A DNA stretch of 64,000 nucleotides from an uncultured virus (IMG/VR IMGVR_UViG_3300010885_047022) (Duplodnaviria; Heunggongvirae; Uroviricota; Caudoviricetes): the IMG/VR virus record IMGVR_UViG_3300010885_047022, positions 62,001 through 126,000 of that record; one strand, given 5' to 3'. The notes under the pieces are model-generated. The model was not told the origin of the DNA. It saw only the letters and a program-made list of their open reading frames with translations, and did not search any database. Of the stretch, positions 9,530 to 20,300 are shown piece after piece. Position numbers and translations under genes: made by a program. Within the stretch, counting starts at the first letter, position 1. Every line of letters starts with the position of its first letter.

Positions 9530-12500
9530 TTAATAGTTGGCTGCCATTTCTTTGTATGGATCATGAGCCACATCGGGGATTCTATTATACATAGTAGTAC
9601 TCATATTGCCATTAACCAACCCTCCGGCAGCAGCATTAAATCTTCTTACGGTGTCTTGATCTCCATATAGGTTTACTTTATAGCTAACCCCTGAATCATA
9701 ACCGGGACCACTAAAGGTTCCTATTTGTGGTACTCTATTTGGGTAACCACTCTCGTATGCCGAACCGCCAGGAAGTAAAGGGGGACCAGTCATATCATCA
9801 TGTGTTCTATCTCTAATCGCTGTATAGGCTAAGCTGCCTGCTATTAAAGCTCCAATTGCTAAGGTACCTTTTCTAATAGTCGGATTTTTAAAGAGATCTT
9901 TAAGATCTCCCATTTTTTCCCCTATTCTCTTATATACAGCCTTATTCTTTACGAGTCCATCATCTAATTCACGAACAGACCTAATCATATCATCCGTTAG
10001 ACCATGATCATCTCCGAATTCTCGTATAGCATCTTCCATGTTGGCAATGGTGCCGTTTTTCATTTCCGTATCTATAAATCCACTATCTTCTAATTCTCTC
10101 TTCTTCATTTGAGCTCTTATTACGGCAGCTTGGTGGTTTGCATCTTTTCTGACCATTTCATCAGCAATTTGTTCAGACTCATTTGTTAAAGCCCTAAGAG
10201 TATCAGTATGTTCGTGGCTTGCAGCTATTACATCAAACATATTTTTTGATCCATTATCCACTCTTTTTTGAGCTTCATTAATAGCTTTTAATCTTTTTTC
10301 AGCTTCTTGAGTAAGTTCTTCCATAGTAGTTTTATTGCCCAAGCTACCTTGAACTTCATTAGCATAGTCTTGATGAAAACCTTCATAAAATTTTGCTCTT
10401 CTATAATCTCTTACTCGTTGAATCTGTGATGCTGTTTGTTGAGCTTCATCTGACATTGTTGAATCGTATGCTGAACTTAAGTGCCTAAGGCCACCGATAT
10501 CTACCCTGGAACCTACTCCGCGGGTTTGTTTATCTATAGAGTTTACAAGATCTGCCATGTTAACATTTTCAAGTTTTGATGCTTGACCAATGTCACGTAA
10601 TACTTTTTCTCCAACACTATCCAACATAGCTGCGTGGTTATGTTTTTCGAGTTCAGTCATCTCCTTAAGATGATTATTTGTAACATTAAAAATTTGTTCT
10701 AAAGAATCTTTATGAGTTTCAAGAATTTTTCGCGCAACTGATTCAGCTTCAGCGGATGTTGAAGTTGAAGCTAGAATGTCATCTGCGCCAATACGAGATA
10801 TTGAAGCCCTTCTTACTGAATCTAAATACGCTTCATATCTAGTTCCTACGTCATGTATTTTTGAAATAGATGAATATTTATGATCGGCGCCTAGACCAAT
10901 TTTTTCTATTAAAGCTTTTTTTATTTTATCTTCATCATTAGTAGCAGAAAGGGCTTTTAGTTCTTCTATAAGTTTATCTAAATCAACTGTTGTTGCGTGT
11001 TGATTCCTTTGTGCGTCTTGCATGCCTGTAATCATATTATCTAGAATTAATTTAGTATCACTACCTTTAACTCTTTCCCTTAATAAGAATTCATCTATAC
11101 CTAAAAGATTTTCTTGATCCCCCCCCACTGCTCTAGAATAACCAATCATTTTGCCAAGGTTAGCCATACTTTTTTCTCCAAAAATATCAAGAGTAATACC
11201 TTTGTCCCCAGCGCCAGCAAGTCCCAGTTCTCCTAATGCTTTTTGAATGCCTTGATCTTTATAAAATATAGCATCTGTTTTAGATAACATTTCCCCAACT
11301 GCCCCATGCAGTTTTCTTGTTCCAGCAAAGTTTACAGAAAGGTCAATTGCTGTTTCCTGTGATAGCATTCCTATTTTATAATTTTGAAGCATGTAGTCTT
11401 GGACTTTTTTATCTGCGCCCTTTAAAAAAGCTTCATATTGATTTAATGATGAACCTACGGCCATAGATCTGTTCACATATAGACCAAGTATATCTCCACC
11501 CTCTATTGCCTTTTTCATACCGACTTGTTCAAATGCAGATGCAAAAGCTGCCCTTAATGTAGGATCTTTTTCAAATCCGTTAACTTCCATTAAATGCATC
11601 ATGTGTTCAAATTGACTTAATTGTCTTTGTTTTCCTTCAACAAAATAAGTGCCTGCTTTAGCAGTTTCTAATTGCTTTAAAACTGCTGGATTAACGTTAT
11701 TCTGCTTCATTACATCCAACAGGTCACTTCCCATATCAAAAGCGCCAGATTTAGTAAATGCTTTGAATACACCATTCCTTGTATATGCTGGTTCTACACC
11801 TATATCCGCAACTGTTAAAGCCGAAGATCCATATTTAGCTATTCTTGCTTGCATATCTGGAGTTAGTCTTTGAAGTTTTGTTTTTCCGGTCTGTTCAAGT
11901 CTTTGATATACATCATAAATTCCTTGTTCAAAATAATCTGCAGAAAGTGGTTTTTCAACTACTTTTCCTTTTTTGATTTCTGTATGTGTTTTATCTAATA
12001 CTTCTTGCAAATAAGTATATGTTCTTCTTTTTTGGGCATTAAGTGATGTGTCGGCTGCTAGTTCGTCTAGCGCATTTCTAAAATGTCTTACTGCAAATAC
12101 ATCTTCTCCGCCACCAAACAAACCTCTAATAGTTTCTTGATCCATATTCATTCGAGCAAAAATTAATTCTTCAGGACCTGATGGTTGACGGAAAATTGAA
12201 AATCCTAAACGATTCATTCCCGCATTATCTTGATACGTCAATAGCTTAGGTAGACCTTTGTCGTCTAAGTCAAATCCACCAAGTGCATGTCTATAAGGTC
12301 CAATGGCATCAGCCGAAAACATCATCTTGTGGCCACTAACTCTGAATTTTAGGATATCATGATCGATATCTCCTACTCCAGCCATAGATATTCTGTCATA
12401 ACCTCTGCCTTTATTGAGTAACATTTTTCCTTCTTTTGTTCCCAAAACTCCAGCTTCACTGTCAATAGCAAACCGGTGAGTTTCTGGCAAAACAGATTGA

Positions 12501-14347
12501 ACAAAATTGCCCTTTGTTCGGAATGCTTCAGTTGCAAAGAATGTATGAAGCATATTCATCATTGTTGGATTTTGATTAGGACTGACTCCGCTTTGCATCA
12601 TTTCTATAATTGCATTAGCAAATTCCCTATTTCTAGCTGCAGACCCGCGTGCGTAAGAGGGAAGATGTTCTATATTTCTTTCTGCAGCTTGTTCTAACAT
12701 AGCTTTTACCCTTTTGGGAACTGTACCACTATTAATGGCCCCCTCAAATTCTTGCAGTACAGTTTGAGATCTTTTTTCCATAGCTTCTATTGTATTAACA
12801 TCAGCAAAAACTTCTGGGTGGAATGCTGCTGAAACCGGATCCGCATAAACAGCTTCTCTACCAGCGCCCATACCGCTTAAGTTAAGAATATTAGTTTTAC
12901 CCGCAAAACCTAATTCGCCCTTAAATCCCATTTTACTAACAATCATTGAATATTTATTTAATTCTTTACCTTCAAATTCTGTAACATTAAAAGCAGTTTT
13001 GATATCCCCGTACTCCAAGGCGTGACCTCGGCCAGTAACCTGTTCTAATCCACCCTTACTGCCAGCCCTTTTTACTTGTCTCTCAATATTTCTTACTTGT
13101 TTTAATTCTATTGATAATGCTTCTTTTGCTTCCGCTGTTAAAGTTTTATCTGTTTTTAATTGTTTTTCTATTTGATTTGCCCTCACGCCCATAGTTTTTA
13201 CATAATTATTTAAATATTTGGCATTCAATAAGTCAGACCCGTCATACGCATACTCAATATTATCAAACATGTCTTTAACAATTTTTTTTCTAGTAGCGTC
13301 ACCATTGACAAAATGTTTGTCTAGATGTTTCATTAATTGATCACTAGCAAATCTATTGCCAACTTTTCCTGTTGCATCATAAGAAAAATTACCCGATTTA
13401 ATTACCCTCATGAGTTCAACTCTATCGGTTTTATTTAAATTCTTCATTACATTGCCAATAAAATCTTCTGGATCAGCTTTAGCGTAATATGATCGTAAAG
13501 CTTTGGCTTTCGTTGTTTTGCCGCCAAAATCATAAGCTCCACCTAATTCTTTGTGAGCCATTTTTTTCAAAAGTTCATATTGAGGATCAAGAACTAGCAT
13601 GGATTGACCAAATTCTGGAGAAGTTTTTTTTATAAAGCTTGCTAAATCGCCTCCTGCTAAAGAAATTTCTCTTTCAGATGCTAAAGATCTGAATCTTTTT
13701 CCAATCTTCATTAATTTATCTGCTAGTTTTGTAGAATCAGCTCCTGCCATTATTTTTCCAAATGTTTCCGGATCTAACATATCGTGTCCAGTAACTGATA
13801 ATAATAAATTAGATTGATAACTACTCAGCATTTTGTTTCCAACTCGCATATTGATAACTCGTGCACCTTCGTCATCCATGATGGTAATTCCATGCAGGGC
13901 GCCACGTTCTCTTAGCGTTTTAATTCTATTAGCAATAGCTTTAGTGCCGCCCTTTTCTGCATGCATTGTGAGAAGATCTACTTGCATATCTTTTATCATA
14001 CTCACGTCAATGCCTGCATTCTGCAGGGTTTGGATTTCGCCAGCGTTAAAACCTTTAGATCTATTTCTAATGTCTTGCATGATTTGAGCCATACCACTAA
14101 CCTTATTTCCTAATTTAGGCGTAGTTAATGGATTGACCTGAGTAACGTGCAGAGCTGCTGCAGCGTTAAATGCTCTTTCAACGCTAGTAAAATTTTCACC
14201 AGTGGCGGTTAAAACATATTTAACTTTATCACCATCTGGTTCTATTTTTATGACACCACCCATTCCATAGGTAGTTCTCATTAATGCTGATCTTCCAGCT
14301 GCCATTCTTTCTGGCAGCGTCTGATACATTTTATTAATATTTACCAT
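9530..14347 (-). CDS. Putative virion-associated single-subunit two-barrel RNA polymerase (1605 aa)
   Basis: Ordered motifs YDGS (D369), QVTGR..GDIKT (K450), MIVSKMGFK (K476), LPETHRFAIDSEAGVLG, GGFDLDD (aa 690-696) and FRQP (R720). C-terminal hydrophobic segment. TAATG overlap with the tape-measure gene. The ORF itself is clear; the function is inferred. Confidence 0.6.
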   Translation of the reverse strand: MVNINKMYQTLPERMAAGRSALMRTTYGMGGVIKIEPDGDKVKYVLTATGENFTSVERAFNAAAALHVTQVNPLTTPKLGNKVSGMAQIMQDIRNRSKGFNAGEIQTLQNAGIDVSMIKDMQVDLLTMHAEKGGTKAIANRIKTLRERGALHGITIMDDEGARVINMRVGNKMLSSYQSNLLLSVTGHDMLDPETFGKIMAGADSTKLADKLMKIGKRFRSLASEREISLAGGDLASFIKKTSPEFGQSMLVLDPQYELLKKMAHKELGGAYDFGGKTTKAKALRSYYAKADPEDFIGNVMKNLNKTDRVELMRVIKSGNFSYDATGKVGNRFASDQLMKHLDKHFVNGDATRKKIVKDMFDNIEYAYDGSDLLNAKYLNNYVKTMGVRANQIEKQLKTDKTLTAEAKEALSIELKQVRNIERQVKRAGSKGGLEQVTGRGHALEYGDIKTAFNVTEFEGKELNKYSMIVSKMGFKGELGFAGKTNILNLSGMGAGREAVYADPVSAAFHPEVFADVNTIEAMEKRSQTVLQEFEGAINSGTVPKRVKAMLEQAAERNIEHLPSYARGSAARNREFANAIIEMMQSGVSPNQNPTMMNMLHTFFATEAFRTKGNFVQSVLPETHRFAIDSEAGVLGTKEGKMLLNKGRGYDRISMAGVGDIDHDILKFRVSGHKMMFSADAIGPYRHALGGFDLDDKGLPKLLTYQDNAGMNRLGFSIFRQPSGPEELIFARMNMDQETIRGLFGGGEDVFAVRHFRNALDELAADTSLNAQKRRTYTYLQEVLDKTHTEIKKGKVVEKPLSADYFEQGIYDVYQRLEQTGKTKLQRLTPDMQARIAKYGSSALTVADIGVEPAYTRNGVFKAFTKSGAFDMGSDLLDVMKQNNVNPAVLKQLETAKAGTYFVEGKQRQLSQFEHMMHLMEVNGFEKDPTLRAAFASAFEQVGMKKAIEGGDILGLYVNRSMAVGSSLNQYEAFLKGADKKVQDYMLQNYKIGMLSQETAIDLSVNFAGTRKLHGAVGEMLSKTDAIFYKDQGIQKALGELGLAGAGDKGITLDIFGEKSMANLGKMIGYSRAVGGDQENLLGIDEFLLRERVKGSDTKLILDNMITGMQDAQRNQHATTVDLDKLIEELKALSATNDEDKIKKALIEKIGLGADHKYSSISKIHDVGTRYEAYLDSVRRASISRIGADDILASTSTSAEAESVARKILETHKDSLEQIFNVTNNHLKEMTELEKHNHAAMLDSVGEKVLRDIGQASKLENVNMADLVNSIDKQTRGVGSRVDIGGLRHLSSAYDSTMSDEAQQTASQIQRVRDYRRAKFYEGFHQDYANEVQGSLGNKTTMEELTQEAEKRLKAINEAQKRVDNGSKNMFDVIAASHEHTDTLRALTNESEQIADEMVRKDANHQAAVIRAQMKKRELEDSGFIDTEMKNGTIANMEDAIREFGDDHGLTDDMIRSVRELDDGLVKNKAVYKRIGEKMGDLKDLFKNPTIRKGTLAIGALIAGSLAYTAIRDRTHDDMTGPPLLPGGSAYESGYPNRVPQIGTFSGPGYDSGVSYKVNLYGDQDTVRRFNAAAGGLVNGNMSTTMYNRIPDVAHDPYKEMAANY

Positions 14348-17300
14348 TATCTAATCCCTGCTGAAACATCAATACTTTGTGAACCAAAAGGATTTATGAC
14401 TGGAGTAACACTTCCAGAAAATCCAGAACCATTCATTAATCCACGTAACTTATATAGCGTGTCTTGTCTGTCTCCACTTTTTCCAAATTGAGGAAAGCTT
14501 GGATTAGCTAAATTAGCTTCACGGATCTGTTGAGGATAGTAACCCATCTGAGACATTTCTAGACCCATTGATTCTCCCGTTTTAATTTTAACTTGATCCA
14601 TATTTGTATTTGGATGCCAACCTTCCCACGATAAATCGGGAAGTTCATGGCGGGTAAAGTATTCGCCTAAATCTGGTTTTTTCTCAACATCCATGCCCCA
14701 GGATGCCTCATAAATTCTTCTTTCAAGTCGCCCAGCAGTTGAGAGTATTTTACCTCTTTCTGCTTCTGGAGCATTAATCATTGCTTTAAAGTGTTCCCTT
14801 TTTCTTTTAGGTATAGATAGAGATAGTGTATCTAAATCTTTTCCGTAAAGATCAGCTCCATACATTGTTCTTTTTGCAGCCATATTATATTGCATTGCTG
14901 CTTTTCCGTCACCAGAAGCTTTAGCCATAGTCTCTAATCTTTTACTCTTTACATAACTTAAAATGTCAGAATATTCATCAAGAGCCAATTCTTTTTTTCT
15001 CTTCATTGGGATGAATCTGTCACCAGTTACAAGTTCTGATGTTTTTCCGTATGCAGACGCTGCTAGTCCAGTAGTTACTCCAACTGCTGTTCCCAGTAAT
15101 TTAGCTTTTGCCGTTCTTCCGAATAAAGATCCAGCTACACCTAATGCGCTGGCTGCGGCTATTGGATTTCTTTGTGTAGACTTATTGATCATTGGCTTAA
15201 TATAACTTTCAAATGGTCTTTGCCATTCTGGGAATGTTGCGCCATAAACATTTTTTCTTTCCCAGTCTTCAGTAGCCGTTCTTTTTCCAATAGCCTTACT
15301 TAATACAAAGTTATCTGAGTGAGCTAAATATTCTCCCATTCTTCCTGCACCAAATTTCAATGGATGTTGCCCCATTGCTTCAGCAGATGATCCTTTATAT
15401 TTATAATCTGTAAATTCATTTTTAGTTGTCATACTTTGAACTTGAGATCTTATGTCTGCTACTTGATTTCTTTCAGCTGGACCCAAATTCATTTTGTCCA
15501 TTTTTTTGTCTAATATTTTATACTGTTGCGAATACGGTGCAACATCACCTAATATTTTTAGTTGATCTAACATCCCATATTGCCCAGTGGAGTCTGGATG
15601 AAGTCTATTGAATCTTTCATAGCCTACTCCTGGTAATCTTAATTCACCTTCTTGTACTTTCGTAAAAGGATCCCCTCTAGTGAAATCTGTAAAATATTCA
15701 GATCCAGGAAGAAAAGGATACTTTTCACCCATAGTATTTTTAATTGGGTTTAAATAGTCAATGTTAGTTCTTTCTTTCGGAATAAATCGCCTAACAATTT
15801 CCGAAAATTCAAAGTTGCCAACTCCCTCTTTATTTCCCAGTGGTGCATCTCCTAGTCCACCAAGATTAAGATCCCAGAATGCCCTAGTTGTTCCGTACGC
15901 TTTGGATGCTGACTGCAGAACGGATCTTTGTGGTTGGAAATCTGCTTGTCCAAACCCTAATTTCTTTCTTGCATTAGCGAATGCAAATCCATAAATACCT
16001 GCCATTTCCTGCATTCTAAATCCAGCTTCTCCAGCTTGAAAAGAAGTAGCACTAGGCTCCAATGGAGCTCCCGCAGCGACTATTCTTGGAGGCATGACTT
16101 TAGACATCTTTGGTGGTCCATAAGATAAATTAGCATATTGCGAGTTAACATCTTTAATTGAAGATCTAACCATGGCCCCAGCTGCACCAGTACTTCCTGC
16201 CCTACTAGCTAGCATGGAGTTAGTGGAATATACGCCTGCAGCGCCCCCAATCGCACCAGGTGTAGGTGCACCACCCCCTGTCATTTCAAAGCCACCAGGA
16301 GCTCCTCCGCGCGCGCTTGTGCCCATGCCAGCAGTGAATCCCACTCCATTTACATAACTAGGAGTTTGTGCGTATGCTGAGGCATCGTATGCGCCCGACT
16401 GTCCAGCTCTGACATAATTAGATAGCCCTTGTGCTGTTTCATTCTCATGCATTAATACTTGCGGTTTTAGGACTTTTCCAATAGTCATATTTGCCAGTGG
16501 CACTAGTGGGCCAAATGGACCAGAGAAATATTCTCCAGTAACAGGATACGGCCTATCATCATGGTGTTTACGTTCAAATCTATACGGATCTAAAGGTCTT
16601 AGCGGTGAAATATCATTGTAGAACAAAAACTTTTCTGCCGGACTACCGTAAGTATCACTTGTAAACATGGCTCCTGCTTGAAGTTTACGGTACCATGAAG
16701 GCCTATAGTATTGAATCTTTCCACCTTTAAATGGAGTATTACCAAGTGGCCACCATCTACCCTGTCTGATTGGAACTTCGCCTTCAGTTAATTGCTTTTT
16801 CTTATCCTCATAACTCATTCCACCTGGAGCTATTCCAGCAGATAGCGATTGAAGTTCGACTGCACCTTTTGCAACCTGCCCAAGAACTAATGGAGAATAT
16901 ATTCTTTCTCCTCTTTCGTCTTTACCCTTGGTCATTCCGCCTAATGTTCTGTCTACCGTTAGGGCAGTGACTCCTGCTGCGTATAGTGGCAATACTCGTT
17001 TTCCGACCATACCTCTGGCAAATAGATCTAAGGGTCCTTTAAAGTCTGAAACATTTAATTGACCACCCAAAGTACCAAAGTATCTATTTAATCTTTCAAC
17101 ACCTTGTGAGATAGGAACGCTTCCTAAGGAATAGCTTTGTGGATCAGAATATGTTGTTAGACCTACCGCACTTTTTATTGCTCCCATTGGATCTCTGCCA
17201 AAGACAGTCCCAAATGTGGGTACTACTGTAACGCTTTGTCCGGAACCCAACGCATCAACAGCTAGGTCATCAACAACATGCCCGGCTGTTCCAAAAGCTT

Positions 17301-20300
17301 TTTTGCCCGCTGAGAATAATGGAGAGAATTTTTTACGAATACCACTACTAATTTGATTTATTTCACCCTTAGAGAAAGGATCAAAGGTTTTTTTTAAGCT
17401 TGCGTTTTTGCTAGAAATGCTAAACATTTCTGCTGCGCCTGCTCGAGCATTTTGTATGTTAGTAGCTGAGTGTTGGAATGTTTTAAACGCACTAATGTTA
17501 AACATGCTTGAAAGTGCTGCAGCTTGTGCCTCAACTCTTTGAGATGCGCTAATTACTCCACTCTTGACTAGTTTATCAACAGCTGTCTGCATTTCGATAA
17601 AAATATCTGCAGAGCTTCCTCCGCCTAATTGCATCTGATTAGTCTGTGAAACATATCTGAATATTTCATTTTTTAATTCGTCTAATCTAGTTGTAATCGT
17701 CGGAGACTTTTCAGCCATTTGAGACATTGAATTAAGATTAGTCTCTTGCATTAAACGTTGGATTCTTGATGAAGATGTGCTTAAGAAAGTTGGATCTATT
17801 CCTTTTGCCCTTAATTGTTGAGCGGTTAAGTTTTGTGCTGCTAATAAATCTTCTGCAAATTTAGTTGCTTCCGTACCAGATTGAATTGCACTAACTTTTC
17901 TTCCACCAAATGTAAACAAATCAGGTCTACTAGTTTCAAGTTCTTTAACTACTTCGCTAGGAGTTCCATATTGAAAAGCCTGTTTACGTAAAGATTGATA
18001 CCCTCTTAAAATATCTGCTTCGGCAAAATCATCTACCGCATTCCCCAAATTATCAAATACACCAAGTTCACCGTTCTTGCCAGTAGATAATTTTAATATT
18101 TTTTCTTTTCCGCCAGAATTATATTTAACATCTTCACCAGATAATAGTCGAGACATAACACCATTGTTATTTAAATCTGTTGAACGACCTTTAAATCTAG
18201 AAGCTAAATTAAACATAGAGTTTGGCTGCTCTGAGTCAATACTCATTTTTCTTTTAAAGCGTATTGCTCTTTCTCCGCCAAGAATTCTGTCTAAGAATTT
18301 TGAACCACTTGAATCTCTAATTTCATTAATAGTTTCGCCCTGCATGTTTGCTGCGTAGCGAGTATGTCTAGTTAATAAGTCTGTAGTATTAGTTGGAATA
18401 GCTCTATAGGTTCCATTCATTACTGAACTATGCACTGCGTCAGATAAATTATCTGTCTGGAAAGACATTAACTTACCCTTGGTTCCCTTAGTCTTGAACC
18501 ACATATGGAAGTCTGCCTTACTCTGAGCTCCTTCCGGCATGAATGGCTGCACTGTTCTAGACGATACGTACTGCAGTGGTGATCGATTTGCCATCTCTGC
18601 AAATGATCTATAGCCAAATAAATCAGCTGGGTTGAATCCCAATATTGGAATTTTGAATTCTGATGCAAAGAAGTTTGCTGTTTTAGAGAAGGTTGACTTA
18701 ACGGAGGTAAAGTCTAATATTTGACCCGATCTACTTTTGTATACTCCGTCAAGTTTACTGAATCCAATAGATTTAGATACTGGGTCGTTAATAGCCATTC
18801 GTGAAGCTAAGTCATGAATGACTTTCTGTTCCTCTGGTCTCATATGCGAGAATCGACCAGATTGACGAGCTTCGTCAATTGTTAAGGATTTTAATCCAAA
18901 TAAGTTGTATCCACCACCAATGACACCAGAGGTCATTTGTCGGTTTTTAATTAAGAAACCTCTTAAATCAGTAAATGCGTTAGGATCAAAACCACGATTC
19001 TTTAGTGCGCCAGTAACTACATCATTAGATACTTGGCGTCCGGCGTCGTCCGTTAATTTAATGCCTAGGGTCTGGGCTGTTTTTCTTTGTAGGAATTCTG
19101 TTTTAGCTGCGGTTTGTGGGCCAGTAAAATCATGATAAGACGCCTTCATAGGCTTCAGAATTCCACCACTAACTGTAGTTAAATCATCTCTATAAAATTT
19201 ATTCCAATTTTTTTGGACCTTATTATTTAGACCTTTTTGAAATTCTTTAGAAGAGAATATATCTCTAGCATCTTCTACGGAAGCTCGAAGAGCATCTGGT
19301 TTAATTGCATCTTCAAAAGTTTTTCCACCAGAAATTCCACGATATCTTTTAATTATTTTTGCAAAGAAATCGTCACTTAGATTCGCTGCGTCTGCGCCAT
19401 CTTCATATATTCTAGTTTTACCAATTGTTATAATATTGGTACTATCCATATTTGCTTTTGGCATTCTGACTTTCAAATAGTCAGTAAATTGTTTGGCTTC
19501 CTTACCTTCTAACCCTCGTGAAATTAATTGATTTTCTAAAAGATCTTTAAAGGCATCGCGTTGATGACCATAGCCAAATTGAGATCTAGTAACAGCTCCA
19601 TCACCAGGTCCTCCGCCACCCATGATTCTAACTCCTGTTGCAAGGTTTGATAGCCTACTGGAGTGCTGCGACTGGATCCTCTCCATTGCCCCTTTAAGGG
19701 ACTGTGCAGCGTCTGGAGTTCCACCCATAGCCTTTAATACGTTAGCGTGTGCTATTGAATTTTCTAGGGCATCATAGCCTTGACCTAAAAGTGTAAATTC
19801 AGATTTACCTGCCTTAAAAGCTTCGGTCAATCCTCTAGTTCCAGGCATAAGGTCAAATACACTTTTTCCAGTGTTATTCTTAAAAAGAGCTTTGAATCCC
19901 GCATTTTTGATTTGCGACCTAGATGCCCCTTGAGCAACAGCAGCTTCTTTGGCTTGTGTTACTCCATGTCTTAGACTATAAAGGTTTTGTACAAAACCTT
20001 GTTGATTATCATAGGCTCTTGTAGCGGAACTTAAGGCTCCAGATGTTTGTGCCGAAGTCCTAAGGAATTTATTTGTTAGCGTTGCAAAGTCATGCCCTAC
20101 GTCTGCTAAAGTTTCAGTTATATCAACAAAGCCTTTACTTAATTTTTTGTTGAATGGAGTGAGATTGCGCATATCATTCATTGAATAGCGAAGACTATTT
20201 AATGAACTACTACTAGCAGATCCGGCAGCGCCTACAGCTTCAAATGGGGCAATCATTGTTGCCATCATAGTTAAAGATGATTTAGTAAAATCACTAATAA

